NCBI RefSeq assembly: GCF_009914755.1
Contig: NC_060927.1
Strand: one strand, 5' to 3'
DNA length: 64,000 nucleotides
From: the human T2T-CHM13v2.0 reference genome, Homo sapiens
The position numbers were made by a program, and so were the translations under genes. Numbering within the stretch: position 1 is the stretch's first letter; the number at the start of each line of letters is the position of its first letter. The notes under the pieces were generated by a model. The model had not been told where the DNA came from. It did no database searches and was given only the letters and a program-made list of their open reading frames with translations. This document shows positions 1-15,046 of this stretch, in pieces.

Positions 1-1624
1 CAGCAATGATGTTGTTGGCTTCCTCTAAAGCAGGGCTGCTGTTTTGTCATGTTATAATTCCTAAGTAAATCCCCCTTGAAGAGATCTAAATTAGAAAACT
101 TGTAGTTTACCGTTTCCGGCTATACAGAATCTATTGAGCTGACAGGGTGACCTGTCAAAATTCATTCAAGACTAAAAAAACACTTTCATTTCAGTCAAAC
201 CTAGTGTTCTATTGCTCAGTTTTCCTTTTCTATCTAAGTATTTCTATTGCTTTCTAAATAAAAAATTAAATAAGCCATACGGGTTATAAATATTCATATT
301 ATTTGCATAGTACACAACAGTTTAGACAGTTTACTCTCTGGCATCTTATTTTGTCCTCACTATTATCTAGTGAACTTTGGCTTGGTGACATTTGGTAAAC
401 AGTGGCGCCAACACACAAAGTCAAATTTCCCAATACAAGACCAAAGCTGTATTCCACTATGCTGTGCAAGTGTTTCTGTCCTCCGAGGAGTGTAACATGC
501 CCACAGTACAGGCTTTTACTATTTTTCCTAGCATCGCAGGACAGAAGGAGCACACAAAGCTGCCCAGGTGAGACAGAGTCAGAAATAAAGTCACCTGAAA
601 TAGTGTGAGAATCACTCCTCAGCTCCATATCAAGTAAAGCTCTTCATGCCAAGATGGTGACTTTAAATGTAATTCACTTTCATTCAATTCAACCATCTTT
701 ATACATCCTTCACATGGGGCTCTCCCACATCTTTTCCACAACCAGTGCCTGTATATCCTAACCACACAGTGCCAGCTACATTCGGTTTCTTCTTTCTACT
801 GAAACATCACCCACTGTCTAGGTCCTTATCAACCCTCTCCTTGACTTTGCATCAAAGGAGGTCCCACATGGCACCCATATCAATCTGCACATTGTTGTTA
901 GATCAGCCTTCCTGTGGCCGGAATAGATGCTCACCAAAGGTTTGCTTGAGTGACCTGTGCTGGAGAAGGTGATTACAGAATATAATAAAAACAGCAAAGA
1001 AATATTACAGAAATACCATAAGTTGAGCCAGAAATAAATATTTTTGCAGAAGATCTAAGAAAGCATTCCAAAGTAATTTCACATGTAACAGATTACGTTA
1101 ATGCTATGCTCCCACTTCATACTCAATATTTAAGTTAAGATGTTTTGTTTTGGGGGAACAGGGTTATTAATTTGAAGCCTTATAGCATGAAAACTAACTG
1201 TTGATGAGATAGCCTCGCCATCATCAGTTCTTGCAAACTGTGCTTAAGGTGCCTCTCATCCCTTTGCACATTACTGCTTTCAGGAATGGGAGGAATATTT
1301 ATAAAGTCAATCTTTTGGGATCATCCCCCAAAGGATGGGGTGAAAAGCTCTTCCCCAAAGGATAATGAGAAACAGCAAGGCTCGAGGCTTTTCTCTGTTT
1401 CTGGTAGTTACTTTCTAGCCTTTGTTTATTTCACCAGTTCTGTCTCCAGTTTAACTGTTGTTCTTCATTAGCTAACATTCAAGGCCCTCACCTTGAAAAT
1501 GCAAACATCCCCTATTCCTGAGTAGGAAGATGAGCCTGTGTTATTCAATCTGGTCATTTCCTAAGAGAGCCCCAGGTCTGGTACAATTCAATGGAAAATT
1601 GGAACTAGAGTGAGGGGAATTTGA

Positions 1625-1810
1625 AACTAGGCTTTATTACTGCCTGTGTGGCACTAGGCAATATACTCCTGGAAAATAATTCTCCACTCTGAAATAAGGA
1701 CAATAATGTTTTCTTTGCCTACCTTTCTATAGGTTTTTGTAAGGATAAAATGAGGTAATGTACAATAAGGTGACATAAATTGAAAAGTGATGTATAAATG
1801 TTAGTTGTGA
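1625..1810. mobile_element. MIR fragment
   Basis: Degenerate MIR core (tgtgtggcactaggcaa...aaggataaaatgaggtaatgta). Confidence 0.6.
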
Positions 1811-2791
1811 CTATTGTTATGAATAAAGAAGAAGTAGGTATTTACTTCAAAATCATGTAGAGTCCCATGTCAGTGAGATGTAGAAAGTGAAACCAACAAA
1901 TGCCTTAGTCTCTAAGTAATCTTCAAACTGGAGTCTTGATCACCCCTTGAGGTACACAGAGCAGCATAAGGGACACAAAGGAATGATACAAAATTTTAAG
2001 CAAAATAATTTCTAGATCTTCAGTATATACATATCTTCTTTTTCCATAAGAAAAATCCAGGAGTTGAGGACTTCACACAGTTCTTACAATCTGACTCTCT
2101 CACTGTGACATCACTTTCACTAACAACTACAGGGAATCTGTCTCTTATCTTCCTTGGTCTCAAGACCTGAGGTATAAAATTTCTGAGGGATCCCAACAAA
2201 GTAGTCGTTAAGAATATTGATATCAGAAAGTCTACTTTAATCAGTTGCTTTAATTATTTTTAATAATAATCATTATAATAGCCTAATCCAGAAGTAATAT
2301 TTTAGCACTTGTGTCTTATGGTCACAGGTCATTAAAAATAGGCTTAAATTTATATGTGTGCTTTATTACAGACAAGTAGAGATAAGTAATCATATTAAAA
2401 TTTTTATAGATAAAAGTATACTACAAGAGAATAAAATAATACAAGGGCAATGGGATGAATGTATGATTGAAAGGAGAAAATAGAATGACATATTTCCAAA
2501 TGGTATTAAGAATGAGCTTTCTCATGTATTTTTTAAAAGATGAGTTTATGGATTAAATCACTGTGGTATTTATATTCTATTAGAATCATTTAGAAGTTTT
2601 ATTTAAAAACTAATAGTCTTTATTTAAAATGTCAATATTTATAGTACTTTGAAAATTATTAACTTTGCGGCTATTTCAATTTATGATGAAAAATTTAAAA
2701 TATCAACTTAAAAATGTAAAGAAAGGTACATACATTTTCAAAATTATATTGAGACATGCTAACAAATTCTTTGAAGGTCAATGCTTTAGAG

Positions 2792-2968
2792 CAGTGGTTT
2801 TCAAAAGTTTGGTCCCCAGAGTAGCAACATCAACCTGAAATGTGTTTGAAATACAAATTTTGGGTTCCTGTCCCAGACTCTGAATCAGAAACTCTGGAGG
2901 TGGGACCTAGCAACCTGCATTTCAGCAAGCCTGAAAAGTGATTCTGGAGCATGCTAAATTTTGAGAAA
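2792..2968. mobile_element. MER5A-like hAT DNA transposon
   Basis: cagtggttttcaaa...gaatcagaaactctggaggtgggacctagcaacctgcattt...tttgagaa. Confidence 0.8.
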
Positions 2969-3814
2969 TATTTTTAAAGTCTTACAGAACTCATTCTTAG
3001 GATATTTGTCATTTCTCTCCCTTTGTCTTTCTCAATTCCTGTTTCCCATAGAAAATGACAAAGTTAATAAGCAATGCAGAGTTTAGAAATCTGTATGATT
3101 TACAAAGTACTTGACTGGTAAGAACTGGTCATAGTTGTAGGCTGAGGTGATAAAGGGTCTAGACTCTAGACTAAAGAGCAAATGATTCATCACTCTTTTG
3201 ATTCTTGTCGTACGGTTGAAGCTGGTTTGAAAGACCTAGTGTTTACACCTTTGGTTACCTGGATAAGTTGACTGTCTGGAATTATTTCCTACTTGTCCCT
3301 GTGAATCATGACAATGCATTATCTGATTCCTCTAGCATCTGATCAGAGCCTAAAAAGACTCCTAGACACACACTAATGTAAATAGCTGTTAGGGTAAATG
3401 AGAGGTTACAATGAAGGGTGAGAAAGCTGGCTGGGGCCTGCCTGTTAAAGGGTACAGGGACATTTGAGGACAGTTTACTAAGCTTCTGATGAGGGAATAA
3501 TTTAATAACTTTGTGGACAAGATTACTAGTTATCTGATGGATTGGAGTTCTCACTGCTGTATCATAACTCCTCCACAGTCTAATTATTCAGCAAAATGAC
3601 CAAACCTTAATTGGAAGAAGGAGGAGATATTTATATAATTAAGAGTATTGAAGGGATCAGACAACAGCAGATTCCATCAGAAGGTATACTTACAGTGTCT
3701 AGTATTCATCATAAGAAGTGGATTAACAATAACTTTTGTACTATCTTCCCTACAATGTTCTAAACACTGTACTTTTTATAGTAACTCTGTGAGATGAACA
3801 CTATTATTCTAGTA

Positions 3815-4571
<757 letters not shown>

Positions 4572-4619
4572 AGTATAAAATTTACTTATACATTTTGTTT
4601 ACTGGAATAGTTGTTTGTC

Positions 4620-5300
4620 TATTGGCTTGCTGCTCCTTCTCTGCCTTCCGTGTTCCTCTAAATGACAGAAGGCTAGAAGCTTCTAAGCTACATTTCCCAG
4701 ATATCCTTACTACTTATCTTCTGGATAGATTCTGTCATTGAGAGGATCTGTGAGGAGACTGACAGGAGGAAAAAGAGAAGTCATTTTATTTTGTTTCTAT
4801 CCCTATCTTGGATCACACCAATAGCTCTGGCAATCACTGAGGGCTCCAGGGTACCATCCTAGTCTGTGGGATTCCAACAGAAGCAGCAGCAGGGGCTCCT
4901 GAAGTCTTGATGGCCTAACACTCTTGGAATTTAGCTTGGGGTAACAGTGGTAATAGACTTTGGACTTGGGGCACCTACAGTGCCAGTAGGAGTAGAGGCT
5001 TCTAGCTTCCTGTAAAGCAGCAGTGGTAAAGATTTCAATAGGAGCAGAAGCAGCAGCGTGTGCTCCTGCAGTCTCATAGACATGGCTAAGATGGATGGTA
5101 CCTTTATTCTGGTGACAAACATTTCCTTTTTTGCCCTTCTAGTTATTGGGATGGCAATTCCTACTTCTCGATAATTTCCTGTTTCTCTTTTCACCTTTCA
5201 GCTATTTCAACATTTTAAATAACTGAATCCTTACAATAAATGTTCTCTGTTGGAAATGTCTAAGTGGCTCCTATTTTTCCTAAATGGGTCTTTGTTGATA
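4620..5300 (+). mobile_element. Old ERVL LTR (LTR33-like)
   Basis: agctacatttcccaga motif and a 3' end aataaatgttctctgttggaaatgtctaagtggctcctattt. Confidence 0.55.
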
Positions 5301-7606
5301 TGGTACATTAGAGTCTGCTGCCTGGTGGTGAATCTGGAAACCCTTGTTGCCATTACTATTGTCACTGTCTGAGGCACCTCCAAAAACAGAGCAAAAAACC
5401 TTTTCCTGTCTTCTGCTTTTCAGTCTTCCACAAATGCCCTTTTTTTGTAGAACTTACAGAGATGCCAGCTGACCAGTGAGTTAGAGAAATGTAGGCTTCT
5501 AGTCCCCTATGTTACTGAGATGAGGGGTAGGGATGGAGCGGCGACAATAAATAGCACATTTATGACTTCCTTGACACAAAAGTAAATTCTACAAATGAAG
5601 TGATTTTGATAGTTTTGTTCACTGTTGTGTTCTTACCATGAAAACTGAGCCTAGTCGTTAGCATTCACTCAGTCAATACTAGATCTCACCATTTGTATAT
5701 GAGGAAATTAATTTACTAAAAGATTAAAGAAGTTCCTGAGTAACAAGCCAAAAACGGCAGAATTAAACTCAGGTCTCATTGATATCAAACTGTATACATT
5801 TTCATTTGTGCAGGAGAACTAACATACCAAAATTCTACTGTTGGTAAGGCCTGGAGGCAGAAGAGTGAGCAGGAAAAGAGTCCGTGGATAAGAGTCAAGA
5901 AACCTAAGTTCTAGATTGAGCTCTGGCTTTCTTGACCATGTGACCTTACTTCACCTTTTTGGGTCTTGATAATTGAATCAACAAACATTTACTTAATGCC
6001 TTCTTTCTATCATACCATATAGCTATGATAACATTTAGCAAAAGTTATCTTTTCCAATGATTCGTCAAGCCGTGATGATGCAAGAATGTCTCAAATATTT
6101 CCATGACTCTCCATCTCCTCTGCCACGACACTAGTCTCACCTAAGTTCTCACTTTGTTTGTATTTTGCCTGTTTCCAACAGACTCCACAAATTAGCCAGA
6201 GTAGGAGATCATATTTAGTGAAAATGAGAGTACTCTCATGCATTCCCGTCCTTAATATGATCTTCAGATCTTGCCTGATCTGTTCCCAGTCTAACTCACT
6301 AAACCCATTTTATGCTACTTTTCTCCTCACCCTGGCACAGTGTACTTGGTTACTAGAAAGCAATTAATTCTTTTTTTGTCTCACGACTTTCCCATATGTT
6401 ATTATGCCGTCTTCCTAGGGTACTCTTACTCCTCTCCTTTGTCTAGGATACCTCTATTAATCATTTAGACTGTAGCTTAAATGAAAGGTGCTCCCTGCCT
6501 GCCAATCTGAATCATGGCGCACCCTTTTATACAACCCTTCTGTTTTCCTTTGTAGCACTTTTCAAAGTTTATAACTATTTTAAAATAATTTTTAAATACT
6601 TTTATTCATGTCAGAATGAAAGCTCCACAAGAAAAGGAAAAGCATGCTTTATTCAGCACTAAATCTTCACTATACACCCCACATGCTATTTCTACAACCC
6701 AGATGCTAGATAAGCGTCTGTTGAGTGAATGAATGACTAAGAAACCATTGAAAGATTTTAAAGAGAGACGTGACTGGATCTTATGTATAATTTTTTAGGT
6801 CACTCTGCATTTTAATTTCCCCAGTGTGAAATGAGGATTAGAAGATATATATGGTACCTACCATTCTCACATTTCATAATTTTGTTTTCTTACACCTGTG
6901 GCAGAATTCTTAAAATTCCTCTGATGTTTGGCTTATTCCTCTCTTGTGACACACGTAAAAGACTGGTCTTAGAGCTCGCTTGCTACATAAGAGAGAAAGA
7001 CAGGTGAATTTGCTTAGTAGCTCATGGCAAACATGATAAAGTCTGTATCACCAAACAAGAATATGTGTGTAAAGTCAAAGATACATGAACACGATCTTGC
7101 TGATTTCCAAACTGGACTTTTTGTTTTCTCTTTTGAGATTCCTTTGAGTCAGAATAATTAACAAGCTTGGAGAGACATCTCAAACCCTTCAACAATGCCC
7201 TTGAATGTGGGCCTACACATGCTTGATTTAGATCACTAAAACTCTACATTTTTATTTAATCTCATCAGCATGGGAATATGCAGAATTCGTGATTTGTAGA
7301 GGTCTAGAGATAAATTTAACTCCCTGGATTAGCTGCCATTTTCAGAGAATATTTGATTTGGAAGAAAACTGGCAACCATTGAACCAAAAGCTATCATGCA
7401 GTTATGCATTTGCTGACTCAGCAAACCTTATAGTTTGCCATGCATCAGACCTGTGCTAGGTGCTGTGGACACAAGCATATTCTACATGTGGGAAAACTGA
7501 GGACAACATGGGAAAAATAACCTTCCCAGAGTAACAATAGGTTAATTAGAAGAGTTAAACACAGGAATCATGAGCCTCAATTCTTGGTTCCTTTCCACTA
7601 TAACAA

Positions 7607-7812
7607 GAGCAGACAAACTATGGCCCCTTGGGCTAAATATTGTCAGCCTCCTATTTTTTGGAACACACTCTTGTCTATTTACTTACATATTGTCTAGAGC
7701 TGCTTTCATTCTATACTGGGAGAGTTGAGTATTTGCAACAGAGACCATATGGACTGTAAAGCTGAAATTATTTACTATCTGACTCTTTATAGAAAAAGTA
7801 TTCTGAATCCTA
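7607..7812. mobile_element. MER58A-like DNA transposon
   Basis: caaactatggccc...gagttgagtatttgcaacagagaccatatgg...tttatagaaaaag. Confidence 0.8.
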
Positions 7813-8159
7813 TTCTGTAGCCCAGACCATTCATGGAAAGTTTCTAGAAATGATTTTCAGGTGACACATGTGAAAGTAGTGAAAAATACCACCCTGCCTT
7901 TTTCAATCAAAATTTCCATAAAGCATTTCCTTTACTTGTCTACAAATGATGCAACAGCTAATAGAATTGAGTAAGATGTAGAGATTGGTTGAAACAAGCC
8001 TAGGGGATTTGGCAGATCCCTCCACTAATATAGGAATAATTCCTGCTTGAGTGGGTACTTGCAGTCACAGGGTGCTAACGTGACTTGGTGTCCAATTCTA
8101 AACTCAATTTGAGCCAACAGAACAATAAGAGGCAGTTTTTATTTCTAATTTCTGACTGT

Positions 8160-8380
8160 AGTGAGCATAGTTTACCTGGGCTTTAGCTGTGTGCTCTGAT
8201 ACTCGTTACAGCATTTCCACTAGGGCTACACTTCCCACAAGTGCTCCCAGCCAAAGACTGAGCATTGCAGGGACGTTAAAGTAGGCCCATTTCCAGACAG
8301 TGAGGGCTCCTTGAGGAGTAACTTTTGTCCAAGGATTTCTGACACCCTTGTTGAACTTTCCTTACAATTCACACTTTCAA
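8160..8380 (+). mobile_element. LTR16-like ERVL LTR fragment
   Basis: gctcccagccaaagactgagca motif, located upstream of ERVL pol remnants. Confidence 0.55.
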
Positions 8381-8383
8381 TTT

Positions 8384-8798
8384 TCCCTCCTTCCCTCCCT
8401 TCCCTCCTTCCTTCCTTCTTTTCCTTCCTTCCTTCTTTTCCTTCCTTCCTTCACTCCTTCCTTTCTTCCTTCTTTCTTTTCCTTCCTTCCTTCTTTCTTT
8501 TCCTTCCTTCCTTCTTTTCCTTCCTTCCTTCCTTTTACTTCCTTCCTTCCCTCCTTCCTTCCTTCCCTCCTTCCTTCCTTCTTTTCCTTCCTTCCTTCCT
8601 TCCTTCTTTTCCTTCCTTCCTTCCGTCCTTCTTTTCCTTCCTTCCTTCCTTCCTTCTTTTCCTTCCTTCCTTCTTTTCCTTCCTTCCTTCCTTCCTTTCC
8701 TTCCTTCTTTCCTTCTTTCTTTTCCTTCCTTCCTTCCTTCTTTCTTTTCCTTCCTTCCTTCCTTCTTTCTTTTTCTTCCTTCCTCCTACTTTCCCTTC
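8384..8798. repeat. (TTCC)n-type polypyrimidine microsatellite
   Basis: About 415 bp almost entirely C/T, built from CTTC/CTTT units. Confidence 0.97.
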
Positions 8799-8849
8799 AG
8801 GTGTCCCTATCTTCTTCATTTCATGTTGGGTAAAATTATGCACAACATT

Positions 8850-10330
8850 CCCTCCAAAGTAAAAAAAAATTGTTTCATCTTACACCCCACAAAGAAGTAA
8901 GCGTAGCACTTGGTGAGCTTTTTTGGGTTGTGGAGACAAAACATTACATGCTTAGGTATACTACACGGGAATACTACTCTGTCCTATATCCTGAGTGACA
9001 TGAATGGCTTTCAGCCTTGAGTGGGGGCTGGAGCAGGAAAGGATTTTGTAGCATATCCAGTCCACAGAACAATTTGTTTTGTCACTTGAGCCAAATAATC
9101 TGGTAGACTCTATGATGTCACAGGTGTCACTGGTAGGAAAAACTACAGTATGGAGATTATGGAAAGCTCCAGGTAGAGAATTATAGCACAAGCCCATGTG
9201 ATCCTGGAGCGAGACTATCTATGCCTTCAGCAGTAGAGCATTATTTATCTTTTGAAAAATAGCTATTGGCAGGCTAGTGGTCCCCGGTAGAGTAAGATAT
9301 TTGACCATGGAATATCAGGTAATTATTAGTCTGGAGCTATCCATCATGAACTGGATTCTGAGACACCAATCAAATAATAAAGGCAGGTATGCTGAGCACT
9401 AGTTAATTTTAAGTTGGAAATAATATATCTAGGATTGAGCCTGAGAAGGACCAGTGGGCATAATAAACTGAAGGAATATATAATCCAAATCTCTATGTCA
9501 CCCACCATAGTTGTACCAGTGACCTTTCCCTGGCCTGCACCTATGAGCATACAAGGGACCTTGAAAGAGGAGGAAAAAACTCAAGCTTGGGTTACAATTG
9601 GTCAGCTTGATTTTTGAGCGCAAACCAAAAACAGAATGTGCTGCATTTAATGATATCCCGGAAAAAGAGTTGAGAAGAACAATGTTTCCAATGCATGGAA
9701 TTGAGCAACAAATCTGGTTACACCTTATATGTGGAAGGAGATGTGATTGAAAGAATATATATATATATATATATATATTTCTGGGTAGTGGCCAATGGTC
9801 TAGATGTCTGGTCAAGAAAACTGGGGAAAAAATATGGGATAATGGCATTTAGGTGGATATATAGGGGTAGGCACAATGTGAGAATATGTTTGTATCACAA
9901 ATTAATGCTCACCAGAAATCATCCACCAATAAAAAAGCACTGAATAACTATATACACAAAGTTGACTGGTTGAAGTTAGGCAGCCTTTGTCATTGACCAC
10001 TCCAGAACTGGCACAAAGGGAATATGAATGGAGTGGCCATGGTGGCAGAGATAAACTCTATGCCCAGGCTCAACAGCATGGATTATGACTTACTGGGACT
10101 GACTTAGCTATTGCTGCCTCTGAATATCCACAGTGTCAGCAAAAGGGACCTGCACTGATCCCTTGATATGGCACCATTTCTCCTGGAAACCAAATAGCCA
10201 CTTTTGGCAAGCTGACTACTTCAGACCCCTTCCACACCGTGGAAGGGCCAGCAGTTTGCCATACAGAGGAAGATACTTATTTAAAGCATGGATTTATTTT
10301 TCTGCACATTTAGACCCTCAGCTAGCTCCA
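8850..10330 (+). mobile_element. Degenerate ERVL-class internal region (pol: RT connection, RNase H, integrase start)
   Basis: Frameshifted remnants such as HLVSFFGLWRQNI, SFEK*LLA, WVVANGLDVWS, HGGRD..YAQAQQHGL and WQADYFRPLP resemble ERVL pol. Confidence 0.8.
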
Positions 10331-10959
10331 CTGTTCCTGAACCCCTTGTAAAATTTCATGCCTTAAGTGTGTCCCTCCTTGATGCTCCCACTGCTCCTTT
10401 TGTATACCCAAATTACATATAGTGTATGTTATGATTATTTACACAAATAATCATTTATAATTAATAATTGTTCCAAATCTTATTCCATTTAATTCTCTAA
10501 AGAAATCTCTCAGATAATTTCTTACTGTATCTTTATTTCAGAGCTGAGGAAATTGAAGTTGTAAGAAGCTAAAAACAATTTTCATCAGCTAAGGAATGCT
10601 GCAGCAGTAATTTCAGTCCTGGTAGTTTGACTTAGAGCCCATGTAGTTAACCATTTTGGCAACTATCTCTATTGTACTTACCCATATTTTTCACTTTTCT
10701 TCCATATGAGGCTGTAACCTCATTGGCACTACCTAGTGCAATGTGTGGCACATGGTACTCTCAGAAGGTTTATTGAACTTATAAAGGCAGAAAACAAACA
10801 GGCACAGACTTGGGCAATGGCAGTTGACTTGTGGACTTCTTAATAATAGGGAATAGATAAGAAGCCATGACTTGTAAATTTCAGGTTATAATTTCACTGA
10901 AGAAAAAATAGCATATTACAAAATATTATAGTTACTCCCTTTCTTGCTTCTTTATAATT

Positions 10960-11500
10960 TGGTGTCCCACTAATCTCTTGCTGAATAACAAATTACCCCA
11001 AAGCCAGGTGAGTTAAAACAAAAACTATTTTGTTATATCTCCTGATTTTGTGGGTCAAGACTTCTGGATGGGCTCAGTTGAGCAATATTTCTGCTCTACA
11101 TGGCATTGACTGAAGTTGCTCAATAGTATTTAACTGGAGATAGCCGGTCTAGAGTATCTTAGACAGTTTCATTCACATGTCTTTTGCTTTGGCAATGATG
11201 ACTGGAAGATTGAAATTAGTTGAGCCTGACAATAGTACTTATCTGTGTGGTCTTACAGGCATGTAAATCTCAGGTAGTTGATCTTACATGGCAACTGAGG
11301 GTTTCCAGAGAATCACGTTCCAGGAGTCCCACTTGCAAGGCCTCTTACGTTCTAACCTTGCAAGTCCCAGGATATCACTTCTGCCACATTCTGTTGAACA
11401 GACAAATCATGACGGCCAGTCCAGTTGCAAGGGAGAAAGAATTAGTCGCCATCTTTCAAGGGAGAAGTAGCAAATGTTTTGTAGTTATTGTTAGTTGGCC
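10960..11500 (-). mobile_element. MLT1-family MaLR LTR
   Basis: ataacaaattaccccaaa...tcacttctgccacattctgttg motifs. Confidence 0.75.
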
Positions 11501-11830
11501 ATATTTGACTTATTATTGGCTGTTTCAGATCTCACTATCAGACAATCATTGACTGCTTATGTGGAGAGACAAAAAAAAAGCGCTTCTATGTATAGCCTTA
11601 AAATTCCATGATCCTTAGGGGACTTCCCTCAGGAAGGAAGAACAGGATTTTCCATTTTTTCCTTTCAATAGTTGTCAAGTTACTACTAACTCCACAGCAG
11701 TGTCTAGAGGCAACCAGCTAGAGGAAGAACTAGATCTGTGGTGTCGGGCAATCCACTTGAACTCCTTGAGCTTCAGCTTTCTTATCTTTAAATAAAGGAC
11801 TTTCCAAAGTTCAAAAGTTCTCATGAGGCT

Positions 11831-12176
11831 TGTCTTTGTCTGTTCATGCTGCCATAACAAGACTTCACTTAATATACTTGTTTCTCACAATTCTGGGGTC
11901 TGAGAAGTCCAAGATTAAAGCATTGGCGTATTTGGTGCCCTGTGAGGACATGTTTCCTGTTCACAGATGGCACCCATTTGCTGTGTCTTCACATGGTGGG
12001 AAGGGTGAACAAGCCTATTTGGGACCTATTTTATAAGGGGACTAATTCCATTCCTGAGAGCTCTATCTTTATGACCTGATCACTTCCACAAAGACCCCAT
12101 CTCCCGATACCATCATGTTGGGAATTAGAATGTCAACATATAAATTTTTGAGAGACACAAACACCCAGACCATAGA
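11831..12176 (-). mobile_element. MLT1A/MST-type MaLR LTR
   Basis: gctgccataacaa...gagaagtccaagat...acacccagaccatag. Confidence 0.8.
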
Positions 12177-12252
12177 AGCCCCTGAAGTATTAATGCATGG
12201 GAAAATTACAAATTATAAATTTCATTTTTTAAAAAAGAAGCCTTTATGAATA

Positions 12253-12592
12253 CAGTCATGCCTCTTTTAACAACAAGGATTTGTTCTGAAAAATGTGTTT
12301 TTAGGTGATTTTGTCATTGTGTGAACTTCATAGAGTATACTTACACATACCTACACACTATATCCTGCTATACCACACACCTAGGCTATATGGTATAGCC
12401 TATTGCTCCTAGGCTACAAACCTATGCAATGTGTTAATGTACTGAGAAATGTAGGTAATTGAAACACAGTGATAAGCATTTGTGTATCCAAACAGAAATG
12501 GTACAGAAAAATATGGTATTATAATCTTATGGAACCACCATTGCATATGTGGTCCATTGTCGACCAAAATGCCATTATATGACACATGACTG
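12253..12592. mobile_element. Tigger3a/MER7-like non-autonomous DNA transposon
   Basis: Terminal inverted repeats CAGTCATG...CATGACTG flanked by TA on both sides. Confidence 0.88.
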
Positions 12593-14983
12593 TATAGCTA
12601 TTAAATCAAGAATATAAGACAGAATCAAAAAGGTATATAACACAATTAGACATGAAAATAAAATTTAACATGGGATATAGTGGCTGCCTTACACTAACAT
12701 AAATCAAATCCATATTGTTTCAAAGGAAAGATTGAATCTGGTTGCAACAGCAGGGAAATCTTTCTTATTATAATTTAATGACTCCACTATCTCAACTCTG
12801 CAGGAATCTAATGGGTGATATCGTACTAAGTTTAGAGAAGTCAAATAGCCTCTTCAGTCCAGCCATAACTCGAGTTTTCTGGAAGAACGCTGCACCAAGC
12901 AAATGTGGCTTGGCTTCTGAAAATGGGCCTGAAAAGCTAAATACTGTTATTAGATTTTTCTCAGTGTTTTTAATGCTAATAGTAAAACATGCAAATTAAT
13001 CTGATGAAGAAAGCTAAGGTATGCACGATTTCATCAGAGAAGGTTGCACCCATGGCCTCTGGGAATTTTTGTCCTGTATTCAGAGCCCTGAGTGCCTATC
13101 TGGAAATCAGTAAAGCCAACATCTCAGTCATCGACCCAGCTCCACAAGGCAAAGGAGCATGTTTCCTGCATTAACTACACCTTGCTGCAGCAAATTGACT
13201 CAGATGTGGTATTTTAATTGGCGTTAAACAGAATTATTATTTAATTAAAGCAGAGACTAGTTAATTTTCTGACTCATTGTTTGAGCAAAAGATGCTAAAT
13301 TCCAGTCAAAACCAACTTAATTGAATAACATCAAATAACCAATTTGGTGCCTTCAGGAGGTCTATTTTGTTTCTTTTATTTTCTTATCTAAAGGAATACT
13401 TCTATTAGAAATAATTTAGACAGAATATTTAAATTCATTAAATGTCACAGTAGAAAGGGGCATTAGATAAATCTTCCAGATTGTTCATTTTATAGATGGG
13501 AAAACTGAAACTCAGAAACTGAAAAACAATTATCCAAGATCACACACGTAGCATCGGGTCAGTCCTAGGATCACTGGCTCCTGACTCTCATTTTAGTGCT
13601 CATTCCACTATACCTAGAAACATGGGTTATCTGAGAGAGGACATATAGCGTGCCAGCATCAGAAGCAACCTCACAGATTATCCTTTGAAACCTCCCCTGC
13701 CTTAATTGTTGGGGAAACTGAAGACTAGTGAAGACAAAGAACTTGCCAGGGTCACACAGCTGGGCCAGAATGAAAGACCCAGCTTGCATTCTATAATCTG
13801 CCTACCTTAGTCTCTAAAGTATTAGAGAGTAGATGAGTCTGTTGTGTTGAGAAGTTAGGCTGTGTCCCGCACACCATCTCTGTGATTTCACACGTTCTAA
13901 AATAAAGACTTTGGAAAGAAATCTCTCTTTGCTGTGGAGAAAAGACAGTTGAATGATGCATAAGGCTGACCCTTAATCTTCTTCAGGCCCAGCTCTCTGC
14001 CCTGCACAGGCTCCGCTCTTTCAGAAACCAGTATTTCAGTGAAGACTTCGTGGGAGCCATAATCATCCCTCCCTCACTGAATGTCCCCCTGGTCCAGTCT
14101 GCTATCTCGCTGTACAATTCCAAACCTCCTTATGAATTTGCTGCATGTATTTCTCTGTAGTTAGTTTTGAAATTTTCCAAGGAGAGGATCTCAGCTGCTT
14201 TTTAATTTTATTATACCCTCTCAAGTACTGGATATGTGGATGGCACTAAATACATGCTCAGTATAAATTCACTACGAGGACTTTCAAAGGACCTGGAATG
14301 CAACAGATTAGCAAGGACTAGAAATCTAGATGCAATGGCTACTTATTCTACATGGAATAGATGATGAAGCTCTGTGGTCAGAGGGCGCAAGTTTTGAAGC
14401 CCAACTCCCACTTACCCACTTTTGGGTATTCGGAGGCTGAATTCCGTCATCTGAAAATTGTCATTACAATATCTACTTCACTATGCTATCATAACAATCA
14501 AACAAAGCAAATGTGTAAACCACTTGCATAAGGCCTGACAAATAGTAGAAACCCAGGAAATAAATCTGCATTTCCATATTGTCTGAAGCGTAGAGGTAAA
14601 AATACTTCACAACCTCCCCTTTTGTTAGAGGGCAATGGCCCCAACACTCCTGATAATCTTCTAGTTTTTGCAACTTAGCTGAGAATATTGGACAGGCAGG
14701 AAAAAATCATGCTTGATGCTAGTTCTGCCATGCTCTTTGCCTGAAATTTTCTTATTACTGTGCAGTTATCAGAGCTTTTCAACGAGGGGGTGACTCTGGA
14801 AAAATCTATGCTTTTGTCTCAATACTAATTTACAAGGGCGTTTTTTTTTTTTCCTGATAAAACAAAAACAAGGAAAAAGCTAATGGTGACCAGCTGTCTA
14901 AAGCTCCTAGGCATATTTCTATCTATCACACAGAGGAAGGAAGGTCAGTGAGCTCCTGGTAAGGCCAGCATGAAGCCAGCAGT

Positions 14984-15043
14984 CTTGAACCCTGGATCCT
15001 CATGCTAAAAGCCTAATAGCTCTACTGACTGAGCTACTCAGGC
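14984..15043 (-). pseudogene. 3'-truncated tRNA-Lys(TTT)-derived sequence
   Basis: Minus strand reads GCCTGAGTAGCTCAGTCAGTAGAGCTATTAGGCTTTTAGCATGAGGATCCAGGGTTCAAG, aligning to tRNA-Lys(UUU) positions about 1-59. The 3' side of the T-arm and acceptor stem is missing. Confidence 0.85.
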
Positions 15044-15046
15044 TCA

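Noticed and set aside
8311-8862. 183, 161 and 102 aa ORFs
   Set aside because: Translations of the (TTCC)n microsatellite; low complexity.
14984-15043. Functional tRNA-Lys gene
   Set aside because: Lacks the 3' half of the T-arm and acceptor stem, and the anticodon stem is mismatched.
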